This document shows, piece by piece, positions 48,701-60,000 of a DNA stretch of 60,000 bases; the first letter of the stretch is position 1, and the number at the start of each line of letters is the position of its first letter. Made by a program: the position numbers and the translations under genes. The notes under the pieces were generated by a model. It saw only the letters and a list, made by a program, of their open reading frames with translations, did no database searches and had not been told where the DNA came from. This stretch comes from Amphiscolops sp. MND2022. Its lineage: Eukaryota. The DNA lies in the NCBI GenBank assembly GCA_964187785.1, contig OZ076409.1:27840001-27900000 (forward strand), read 5' to 3'.

Positions 48701-51095
48701 GGGAGGGTATAACCTTCCCCTTTAATGAAGGGGTCTTCATGTATTCTCAACTCTATGCTGACACTGTCTCTGGAATCCTTCAACCGAGCAAGGACCTCAC
48801 AGGAGATGGCGACATACTTTAGTCACACTGGCGCATGGCAGGTTGCGATCCATGTGAACAACTTCACTGATCAACGATATACCCTCAAAAGACGTTCGCA
48901 CATTGCCAATTTCTCTGTTCTGACGTCAGAACAGACGAAATACGTCAAACCTATTGACCCCGTGACCACATGGCACCTCTCACAGGATAATCCAGAGCAT
49001 GCTGCCTTTTACGCTAGCAGCTTGATCAAATCCACTAAAGCTGAGGTCGATAAATAAAACTATTTGTATCCTACTCCAGAGGACCGCAGAGACCCTCAGC
49101 TTCATTCTCCGTTTCAACAACGAATCTTGCGAAACTGTACAACCTCCAAGAATTGGAGAGACTCAACCCTCAGGATGGGATGACCCAAAAAACGATCACT
49201 CGCCATTTTTGACTGGACAGACTCAACGTTGCATCCAGCCGAAATTGCACAAATTGAAGAACTACTTGTCGAAATCTACGACGTATTTGCAAAACAGCGA
49301 TTTGACATAGGCATGAAATAAGATTTTAAGGTCAAATTGACCCCCAAAGATGATTCGTCAGCCTATAATCAGAGCTCACCAACACTGATTAGTCTCAAAG
49401 AGGATATTCTTTAAACGCTGTTACACCAATATGACATTATGACAACACTCCCATTTTCCCAATATGACAACATATTTATGCAAGTCCACTCTTTGCCCAG
49501 AAAAAACCACGAAATGGCAAGATAAGTCTCTTGGTTGACCTTCGGAAAATCAATGACTTGATCTCTGATGATTACATCAACAAAAATCATCCTGTCAGCA
49601 CATTAACAGACGCTGCAAAACACATGGCAGGCAAGCGACTGTCTTGCAACTTAGACTGCTCACAAGCATATCACTGTCTACAGATGGCTGACCAGAGGCC
49701 CAAAGAGATGCTGGCTTTTTATTTTGCCAGCAGAACGATTGCTTATCGCAGACTTGCGCAAGGTCTCAGTCGAGCACTGTCAGCCCTTTCGAGCTTTTTG
49801 CGCGAGTATTTAGATAAAGTGATCAAAGCTGACCAATTCGCACAGTTTGTAGACGATATTGGAATGGTGACAATTGACGCTGAACAGCTCATCAAAAATC
49901 TTCGAGCAACGTTCAAGTGCATCCAGACCGTTAGTTTCAAACTAACGATGCACAAATGCCATTTTGAAGCCAGGGAAATTGACTTGCTAGATAGTACCAT
50001 CACCCCTGAAGAAGTGCGGCCACAAAATCCCTCGGCCCAAAATTTCCTACAAAAAGCAAATTCCTGAAGTCCACGAAAGCGCTTCAAAGATACGTGGGCT
50101 TTCTGAATTCCTATCGGAATTACATCCCAAGACTTTCAGAAAAACTTACTACATTCGTTAGATTCTTGAAAAATGATGAAAACGTCATGGTGACACGAGA
50201 TCTGTTAGAGAAAATCACTGAGATCAACAAATCTTTTGACCGATGCTGTGAACTTGCTCTCAAACAGCCTCTGTCCATGAAACAATGAGCAATACCAACT
50301 GTTGTTAGTTTTTCGGCAGCAGGCTACGCAGTCCTCGGCGAAGATGATCCACTTGAGAAGTATACTCCAACGCGAAAAGCCTTCGTATCGGTAGCGTATC
50401 GATCTAAGACCATTTACGTCAAAGAATTTTTGCGATAATCTTTGCCCTTAAAGAAATTGGACATATCTTCTGGGGGACTCCAAAACTGGTGATTATCCGT
50501 ACAGATAACTAGTGAAGCACTCGCTTTTTCAAACGAAAATCATTCCACTCACACTGTGGAATGCGTGTGACAACGTTATCCAGTTCAATTTCACAATTGG
50601 CCACATACATGGCAAAACTAACACTGCAGCGGACTATCTGTCCCATCTAGAAATCTCCCCAGAAGAGAAACGAAGATCTATCAACGACGCCTATTGAACT
50701 CAACGTTCAACCAGCCGGAGTAACTGAAGAAGATCAAATCTTCTATGCCGAAGAAGATGAAGAAACGGAAGAACAAATCTGGTAACGAAAGAAGGACGCC
50801 AGGTCCAATCCGACGAACCCATTACCTGATATTATTTTAGAGAAGCTTAGTACCCACAGCAGTACTTACGCCCAAATGTCAAATTTGCAGGAACTCTCCA
50901 ATACAGCCACCATGGCTATTGAGCAACAAGACGACACTGTTCTACAACTATTGCGACTTTAATTGCAAAAGAAGAAAGAATTATCCGAGACTATCCTACA
51001 GCAAAATCCGCGCTATTAAAACTACTGCAGTCAAATTGACCGTGTGTCTGTTCAAGAAGATATCATCATTATAGACTACTATGATGAAACAGGCA
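45758..51095 (+). mobile_element. Heavily decayed Ty3/gypsy retrotransposon of a second lineage, 3' truncated
   Basis: Leader ORF MPSTRKQ..., gag with CNYCKKPGHTKDDC, protease LVDTGA (near 48345), RT LVDLRKIN..LDCSQAYH..FVDDI, RNase H remnants. Ends near the start of integrase, next to a HINE copy. Confidence 0.88.
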
Positions 51096-51125
51096 TCATA
51101 AAAGGGGCAGATAAAACAGACAGAT

Positions 51126-51497
51126 AAAAGGGGGGACCCTTTGGGCTTTATTAACTTATATTCTGTTGCAAAATATCAAAAAACTCGAAAGCGGGACTCT
51201 TTTGAGACCTTAAAAAATTTTAAAAAAAAGTCGCACAATGCCGAAAAAAAATCAAAAGAGGGACCCTTTAGTCTCGTCCGGTTTTGTAGGTTACGTTAAA
51301 AAAGAAAAAATGAAAGGGGGGACCCTTTTGCATTAATTTCCGCTGACCGGACTTTGCCTTATGGTAGTAGTTTTAGTAGTTTCGATTGTAAGAAAAGTGG
51401 CCCAATCAGAGTGAGATTGTAGTCTGACGAAAAAAAGAGAAAAAAAACTACCACTGTAAGAGTTGGGCACTTTTCTCTAGAAAAGCGCTGACTAAAA
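51126..51497 (-). mobile_element. HINE copy 5 (3' end missing)
   Basis: Closely matches 19375-19739. Confidence 0.75.
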
Positions 51498-52303
51498 CTG
51501 CATTTATCGTTTTCTGCTGGAAAACAATGAAAAGTTGAGAAAAGACTTCAAAGTAAGAATAAACAATCATCTATCTCATAGGCCACTGTACAGATGTCAA
51601 ATGATTTGGCATTCACTTGGATCAAATCATCACATATCAGCTAGAAGTGGATCTTCTACTGAAGAAGATGACTAGTTTATCTAGAGGCTTTACTCGGTCA
51701 GAGATTTCTTTTCCTAAAACTTAGGCTTATCGTTTTCAAACGCTTTGGTCAAAAATCACTTACACTATCCGACATTGATATTGAACAGTTATTCACAAAT
51801 TTTAGGAATCTTCCTTGAAAATCATCTAAGCTGTAGTAATAAAGCTTGGTGCTACTTAAAGAAACTGATTCGTCGAAGGACCTGAAACTCAAACAGGAAA
51901 TCATCCCTATCCGATTGCTTATTGACTACCGAGCAAGCACATACTTCTTAAAACGTAAGAATAATATTGTTCCAGCAATCACGGGAATGAACGAAATTTC
52001 CACTGGCAAAGTGAAATTTCATGGAAGATTGGATAAACTAATTATTGAGACAGATGCCACGACCAGCTTCTTACCGAACTGTTATATGAAAAGAGCACTT
52101 GTATGAAAAGAACAGAATACTGAAATCAATTTCAAAGAATACTTACTTTTACGAAATCAGAAAATCGTTTTTGAATATTCTCTTCATCTCCTGAATTGAG
52201 CAACATGAGCATAGATTGATCTTTTGGAAAGATTACCGTTTTCAACTGACCTCCAATGTTCGTTTGTCACTTTGAATGGTTTCTACGTTATTGTTAGTCA
52301 TAA

Positions 52304-53200
52304 CCCAGTGTTCCAAGCCATGGAACGCTTGCCATGATCATGGTTAATCTTGCTAAATCATGGTTAACCATGGTACCCTTGTCAAGATCATGGCAAATCA
52401 TGATACATGGAACGCTTGCCAAGATCATGGCAAGATCATGGCAAGATCTTGACAAGATAACCATGGTAAGACATGTAAGCTGGTATTAATTGTGCATAAT
52501 TTATTCTTTTCGCAAAAATCTTTGTCGTCTGCAATTTTTGAATTAGCCATTGTAATAACTTTGGACATAATATTTATTTATTGAAAATAGTTTTTTAATT
52601 GAAAATTATCCTGAATTTGCTCAATAATTTGCTGCACCTATTGACCGAGTTTTGTTACTTGAGAGCACGGCATTGTTACTACTAACATAACTTATCATAC
52701 CAAGCAAACTCCGAATCAAGTTATTGCAACTTGCGGGTTTGCGATATCGGTGTGAAAACCAACTTTTCTAGCTATGATTTGTTTAGAATTATGCAAATCA
52801 TGCTATTACCTGATCTATTGAGGTAACGGGTTCTAATTACTGAAGTTCGAGAATGCAATAAAAACTCAAAATGGTCGGAGCAAAAACATTTTCCCTTTAA
52901 TGTCATGACTACCACTTTTTCTTCTGTTTAACCCTATACATGTCTGTTTTTTGGTCCCAATAAATTTTTAGATACTAGTTACAATTTGAAAATAAGAGCT
53001 CTGAATTTTCCAAAAGTTTCGCTAATGTTACCATGGAACCCTTGCCAAGATCATGGTTAATCATGGTTAGCCTTTGCACGATCTTGCATGGCCATGGCGT
53101 CCTTGCCAAGATCATGGCAAGATCATGGCAAGATCTTGGCAAGGCTACCAAGGAACTTGCCATGGATCTTGACAAGGATGCCATGGCTTCGAACACTGGG
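52304..53200. mobile_element. EnSpm/CACTA-like non-autonomous element (CCC..GGG ends, 2-bp AA TSD)
   Basis: 20-bp TIRs CCCAGTGTTCCAAGCCATGG / CCATGGCTTCGAACACTGGG (1 mismatch); subterminal CAAGATCATGG arrays at both ends; AA flanks. Confidence 0.85.
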
Positions 53201-54754
53201 AATATTATTACTTTCAATATATTAGTGTTTTACTGTACTGGATTTTATGAATGAATTTGCTTGTTCCTTTTCTTTTTGATTTCGGATTTCAGCGTTTTCA
53301 TTTTCTCCCAAACACTGTAAGAGTTATTCTGTGTTGATTGCTCTTCATCTAATTAGACCTTTCAACGGTGCGCGAACGATGTCGATTATCTTTTATCATT
53401 GTGGGAATTTTTAAGGTTAGCAGTGCACATTAAACAAGTTTTCTCCAAGAAGATAACTAGTTGAAATAACCATGGAACCAAATAAATCTTTTTGCTCTTG
53501 TTTTTTCAATTTGCAAGAAAGTATGATAAATTGTTCCAATGGACATGCATGGTCAGAGACTACATTCTAAAATGACATGCATTTCTACTATCTGCTACAA
53601 CGTGATACCCAATGTGAAAGAACTCTTGATGACAGATCAGCACATTCGAGATACAAGATAGAGTGGATTTTTGATAGACTTCCATCGAATGGTTTTTGGC
53701 TAAAAGATTCAGAATGAAGTATCGAATTAAAAAATCTCTCCAGTTTGCTTGAAGTGTAACGCCCACACTCACAGCATCAATTCATTATCAGATCTTGAGT
53801 AGTACACTAGGTTACCAAAAAGCTGAGCACACTCGAATTCTTCGTCAAATTCAAATCGCAATACATTTTTTGCATTCATTTGACAAAAATCTCTAGGGCA
53901 AAACCCTTCGAAGTTGAATTAAGTCAGAATAACAACGTTTTTTATTTTGAAAGCAAAGGAACACTACAAATGTTATATCACTTGGCATATTCGTAATTTC
54001 AGGTATTTTTCGAAATATATCTGGCGTTATCTGGTCATGACGAAAAAGGCCAGCGTCAAATTTTGTAGCCTTTACACTTTCTAACTTTTTGGTTAACCTT
54101 TTTTTGTGAAAAAGCTCTCCTCAAGAAATTACACTGCAAAATGTTCACAAATACGAAAATTTGAACATTTTATGCAATTGGATATGTCAAAAATACACAA
54201 AAAAACTAAGAATTCGTGGCTTTCCATTTTCTACGGATGCGTCAGATAAACTACAGATACGTCCGACTAGTAGTTTTGCAAGATGTTCAAAACAACACAT
54301 ATATGTTGTTTTGATATATACATATTAAAACAACATATATATCTTAAAATGAAATACACGTTTAGTAAATAAAAGTGACAATCGTAAATAACTTCAATTT
54401 TGTTAATAAAAACAAATGTTTTATATACCGAAATTGAGCCATTCGTCAGCTGTATTTACTACACGTGTATTTCATTTTATGGTGCATTCACTTTTTTTTG
54501 CAAAAACAAGCTGCATTTGCGGTACACTAGATACGCTGATCAGATCAAGTCTAGTTGGCACTTTTGTTTGTTTTCATTCACAGTTGTTAACCTTCAACAT
54601 TGAATGTTTTAGCACGATCTTGCAAAATCTTTGAAATAGTTGACAGTCTTGAAACGAAACTTGGAAAGATTTCTATCAAATTATACAACATCGTTGTCAA
54701 GAGTTCCCGATGTTTTCACACTGGTCTTATTGGGTATACATCGCAGTTAATCAT

Positions 54755-57080
54755 TTATTTGAATCCCAAAGCAGGCTTCAGGTTCTGTCGGAAAGATTGG
54801 ACGAACACAAATATGAAGATGCTGTTACCGGAACAATTGATGACGATCGGCAGCCTTCTCAAGAGTTTAATTGAGACAAATGCCAGCAGCTGCGAAGCTG
54901 ATTCTGCTTCTCTGCCTTCGAATTGGAAGCCTCGGATTTTTGAAAACACTATTTCCAGACAAACTGCGATGAAGAAAACCAACGACACGGAGAACAGCAA
55001 GCGAAGAGCGTTGGATTTCTCCTCGGAATGGGACCTGTGGAACAGTTGATTGATGAAATACTATTGTGAAAACATTCTCATGAAAAAAACTAAAATCAGA
55101 TTACTGCAGAAGAATATACGAACTAAATAAACTGATTTAAAAACTGCAACTCATATTTTGTGTTGTTTTTATTTTCTATTGCTCTTTCAAAGATTGCAAA
55201 ACAGAAAACAGAAACCATGTGGTTCATTTAAAGGTCTACATGTAGGACCTTCTACAGCTAGTTCCAATGCAGTTGACTGCGGTCAGTTTGAAATGTTTGA
55301 GATGAATTCGCCAGGTTTGACTGCTTCTTTTTTGTCTACATTGCAATTTCAATTCCTTCGCAAAAAACATTAAGTAGGTGTATCATTGAGAAAGTTACTG
55401 AAAAACAAAACCTTTCAATCTTTGCCTGACATTGTAGACGGAATACGATCAATATGTTGAATATGACTGCTGCTAAGAAGGGAACAACGATGAAGAACAG
55501 TCGATGAACAACCAGCAGAAACTGACCAATCGGCTCATTCACATAATCGGCTAAGCCAAAACAGTGTTTTTCAGCATCCACTGAGTGCAGAAACGTGAAT
55601 AGTAGAGCCACAAGAAGCGCAAAAGCTGCAATAAATATTGAATTCTTGTTCGTGGTGTACATCGAAACCTTTTGTTGGTACTTGAAAGGGAAATATGTTG
55701 CATAAAATCTGTCAGCCGCCATGAACACGACAAAACTCATTGAAGATTGGAGTGTTGCGTAAAACCATGCAACAGAAATTGGACAAAGATACCGCAGTGT
55801 TGACACATCGAAGTTGAAGAGATCCGAAATGCAGACTTTGAAAATATTGCCCAGCAAAGTCATTGAATCAGAAAACGAAAGCCAGCAAGTGATCAGAAAA
55901 CCTGAAACAATTTGTGAAAATAGCCAAGACTAGCTCAAAGTTCAAAATGTTCACAAAGCGCTTTTAAATATGACCGTTATGTTTTTCTGAAATTTCCAAA
56001 AACCTCATAGTACCAAAAATTCCAAAAAAAACTTTTACACTTGCAAATAGCTTTTCTGAACTCGAAACATCAAAAATATTCGAAGGAGACCCTTTGGAGA
56101 TTTTGTAAATTTCGCACAGTGCCGAAAAAGCCGTACGAGTGCACCATTTGGTCTTGTTAATATTTGCTGTAATGAAATTATTAGTTCAGCCCGGGATTTG
56201 AACCCACGTAAACCTTCTTCCCAGTCATGCACTCTGTTCATAAGGCCAAAGAGTGTGAAGTTGGAGTGAAAGGATTCATGTGAATATACAAAATTGTTTA
56301 TGAAACCGCCGACTTGAAATTAAACAAAGTAGTGGATCTTTGTGACAAAACTACCCACTGTAATGCTCATGCATTTTTACACGTAAAACCTACTAAAATC
56401 AATTACTTGCGTCAAGTTGTTTCAAAGTTTTCATAGAACAGGCTTTAACAAAAAAACTTTTGTACAATCAAAACCATTTAAGCTCATCGAACTTTTATCT
56501 GAACTGGTCATAATTTTGCCATGCTCTTAGCAAAGGTTCCATATTTTCAAACGTATATTAGTGTTACCCTAATGACTGTTTTTATTACCCAATAAACCCA
56601 AACATCAAAACGCCCTTAGTGAATATTTTGGAAAGACTAAAAGGTTGATTTTTTTTCTCGCAAAAAGTCGCAATGCTCAAAAAATCTAACAAAACAACTT
56701 TTTGTACCGTCTAGTCCTGTAAACTGTGTATAGATGAACTATAGATTTGCTGCACGATGATATGGAATCACTGATGGAATTAAACTGATTGAACAAAAAA
56801 AATTAAACAAAAAAACTAGTCATTGTAATAGTTTGCTCCTTCCTCAAAAAGGCCGTGACTAAAAATACAGAAATCTCTAACCTGCTGTTTTCTTCTGAAG
56901 CACGATATGTCTGGACACTATGAATAACAGAACATTTCCAGCAATTCCTAATAGGCTCAAAGCGATCATGAAGTGAGGCGAATACTCAAGCAGTTGGTAA
57001 AATCTTGGAAATGCATCCTCCAAAATTGCGTCCAGATCATCGAAATTGATTGTGTCGTTGGAATATTCTTCAAACTCCAT
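54755..57080 (-). CDS. Class A (rhodopsin-like) orphan GPCR; exons 57080-56882, 55901-55412, optional 55335-55249, 55034-54755
   Basis: GT-AG introns in compatible phases; TM1 GIAGN, TM2 LSFSD, TM3 MAADRFYATYFPFKY, TM5 VPF, TM7 INCSGNSIFIF; 322 aa (351 aa with the optional exon). Confidence 0.85.
56040..56868 (-). repeat. Two degenerate HINE-family copies in GPCR intron 1
   Basis: Degenerate family 5' ends at 56350-56399 and 56812-56866; CGCACAGTGCCGAAAAA and AAAAAGTCGCA motifs. Confidence 0.5.
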
Positions 57081-57456
57081 TGTTCGGGAACAAAGAATCA
57101 AGTGTTAACAGCAAACAGAAAAGTCGCCCGATTTTGTGACTCGTGGAAGTTTTATCTGAAGAGCGTTGAGCGTTGTTTCGGAGATGGAAACAAAAGCTGA
57201 TTTTCCTGGTTTCACAGTTTGAAATATGCTTGAATGACTTTTTGGGGAAAATGATAGAGTAATGAAAAATGCTCACTTTAGTTGTTAGTCTTACTTGTTG
57301 CAGTTATGGTGAACCAGCAGCTACTGCCCTTATTTGGACTCGATGGCTTTCCATCTATGAACAGTGGTTGTCCAGACTTGGTGCAACAAACACTTCTAGA
57401 TCTGGTCTAACCTGAACCAGCCTGGTCAGTGATGGAAAGCAAAATTCCATCAGCTT

Positions 57457-57830
57457 AAGCTGGGAACGGCATAAGTCCCCGCCCCGATTAAGGCTCAAAA
57501 ATCGCAAAGTTTTCAATATATACCCAGGTCGTTTTTCTGTACAATCTGTCAATCATAGGATCACCAAACAAGTGGTACTTAGATGGTACCAAATTATCTT
57601 AACAAAATAGGTCAGTTTGCTGGTCATTAAACCAGAATTCGCATAAAGCGCAATATCTTCGAGTCTTCGCATTCACTTTAGCAATTTATTTCGGATATAG
57701 CGTGCTGGGCCAAATGGTACATTTCAAGATTTTACGATTTTGTATAATTTTGTAGAACTTTTCCAGTTCGTGTGTATTGAAAAAAATGAAAAAAAAACCG
57801 ACGAAAAGCCACTGTAATAGCCACGTTTTA
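57457..57830 (-). mobile_element. Degenerate HINE-family copy
   Basis: 3'-end motif AAGCTGGGAACGGC..AAGTC...TAAGGCTCAAAAATCGC and 5'-proximal AGCCACTGTAATAG. Confidence 0.55.
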
Positions 57831-58659
57831 TTTAAACTTCTCGTCAAAACATTTTTTGTTGACATTTAGCAATTTTAGACTGACAAAAAAGTAAAGTTAA
57901 GTAAGTTTGAGCAAGTTCGAAACAACTGTTGACAATAGCACAAAATTTTGAACAGTTAAAGACGGTTGCTGATTCTCTGAAAACAACAGTAATGAATGAA
58001 GTTTAGTTGAAAGCTTTTGAATTACTTTGCTGATCAATACGTGAAGCTTTAATTTGGAGTAATCACCTGATCAGGAGATTTTCTCCTACTGTTCCGTGTC
58101 TCACGTCTTTTGAGCTGCGATCGTTTTACGTTTTCTAAAACACTCCGATAAGAAGAAATTTACCAAATCAAAAAAAGCATTCTCAAATTTAGATCATTAG
58201 TAGATTGAAAAAAAAAACAAAAAGCAGTCGCCGAATCAGCGTAGAATTGTCCTGATTGCCAGATTGCAAAGGTGAGGTATTTTTGATGTTTATGTCTGAT
58301 GCCACTGATCAATTTACTTTAGAACAACTCAGCAGAAGTAGGAACACGATTTTCAAAGCATGCAAGTTTTCGTTATAATAATTAAAACTGGGACAATCCT
58401 TTTGAATGCCGAATTGCAACTCGTTGACTGCAGAGAACTTCGCTTTCTAATTATACCTTCAAATGGTGCAACATTGATTAATCTGAAGAAAAATTTCCTG
58501 GCTTTTTTCCCGAAGTGATCTCAACCGAGAGGAAAAGAACAACTCAGAAACAAAGTTCACTAATGAAATCATATTTTACTCCCTTAACATCCGCTATAAC
58601 TCAAATCAAGATGCTAAATTTTGAAAAACAACTGAAATGACAAAGCTTTCACAATTGGA

Positions 58660-59240
58660 GCTTCCTGTCACGGATGTCGTGATCTTCATCACTAGAATGG
58701 GAAACATGAGTCTCCTCGGAAGTAATCACTCTGATTACCGTTAGCCGAATTCGGCTTTGAGTTGGATTTCCAAACACTTTTAGTATTTTTCGCTTCGGCG
58801 GTCCCGCTAAATCCCCTGGACCTGTGGTCCATTTCCTCCCGAAACACAGTATTTTCGCTGTTAAATGAATTTTGAATGTTTGGAAGGATTCTTTCACTGA
58901 TCACTGAGTTTAAGGTCTCTGTCATCTGACAATTCTAATCTCTTTTCAATTCTTCTGTTTCCCTGGAAACTTCAGAGTTCACTAGTCTCATTGTTTCAAT
59001 GGTAGCATCACCATTTTCTCTACTATTTGAGTTTAAAAGAGACCTGAAGTCATCACATCCTGTATTGTCTCCGGCCGAATTAGACTCAAGGTCGGCTTCT
59101 GCATTTCTTTCTTCAGAATTACTTTCAATCTCATTTCTGGAAAATGAACCTAGCATCACGTCTAAATTTTCAACATCAGACATCAAGTCTGCTTGCCTAG
59201 AGCGTCTTTCTTTCGCTCTTCGCTTTCTAGTCGAAGGCAT
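58660..59240 (-). pseudogene. Fragment of the MPSTRK leader ORF of the second gypsy lineage
   Basis: MPSTRKRRAKERRSRQADLMSDVENLDV aligns with MPSTRKQEAKEKRSRQSDVMSDLENMDV at 45758. Confidence 0.8.
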
Positions 59241-60000
59241 TGAAGAAATTTATGTCCAAGAAATAATATATTGTCGAACTTTTGTCTTTATCAAACAGAA
59301 CGAACTACTGTAACAAGCAAATCAATGCTGGTATCAAGAATGTAATCAGTACTAAAGGTCGGGATTTTTCAAATTGGCAATTGAAGCAACGTGTGATTTC
59401 ATAGATTGGTCGAATTCTGTTCTCCCTGACTGGGAGTCCTCATATATACATCTAAAAATGAATGACACGCATAATATTAGCAGTCACGATACTGAAAATA
59501 GCGCCAATGTTGGGAAAATAGACCCTGGGACCTGGCATCCTATTGAAGTCATGCTAACAAGGGCAACTCTTCTAGGGAAAACGCACTTTTGGGCTAAGCA
59601 TCCTTACGACACTCAAAAAGCTAAATTAAACAACAAATCGTGTCATGAGGGTATGAAATCAGTGGGGGGCGACAAGGCGGCACGGTTTTCATGTTGCATC
59701 TACATTCACTTCAAATTCGTTGGCTGGCATTGTAGTAATCATAATTTACATGTAGTGGACCAGCAGTCCGAAATAACTAGCTGAGACTAAATTAATGATT
59801 GGTTGATTAGTTGGCAGTCTACGCGTCCAATTTGTCCAGTACGGCGGACAGTTTGAACGCGTTTCCTTCAACATTGCAGTTGCCTTCATGCTGTAACTTT
59901 TACATTCTATCGCAAAATCAAAGCATCAAGCTGTTCTGGTTTACATTGCATAAGCCTATATATGTACAAGGGTATATGTATAAATGTATGTATAAATAAC

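Noticed and set aside
51590..51840. Possible LINE RT C-terminal remnants (FGIHLD, FLGIFLENHLS); similar hints at 53560-54050
   Set aside because: Too short and degenerate to support without a search.
54299..54340. 19-bp-arm AT-rich hairpin
   Set aside because: Low complexity; such hairpins arise easily in AT-rich DNA.

Overview
AT-rich, transposon-dense window of an invertebrate animal genome; the species cannot be fixed from sequence alone. Host genes are sparse: the last exon of a hexokinase (+, 6263-6505) and a spliced class A GPCR (-, 54755-57080). Mobile DNA dominates. It includes a decayed BEL/Pao integrase, three full-length Mag-like Ty3/gypsy LTR retrotransposons with LTRs, 5-bp TSDs and tRNA-Ser-type PBS, and a fourth older gypsy with related fragments. 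There is also a multi-copy DINE-1/Helentron-like non-autonomous family, hAT-like and EnSpm-like MITEs, and a 217-bp palindrome. Two things stand out. (1) A zinc-finger tyrosine-recombinase gene (20505-22751) is bracketed by inverted repeats shaped like arm-6bp spacer-arm recombination sites. It sits with an intronless RING-Bbox-MATH gene inside an outer pair of inverted 15-bp-repeat blocks, suggesting a cargo-carrying YR element. (2) An intronless, decayed JmjC dioxygenase frame lies antisense just downstream of the BEL/Pao integrase, possibly a retrotransposon-borne chromatin enzyme. All family assignments come from motif recognition by eye, not database searches.
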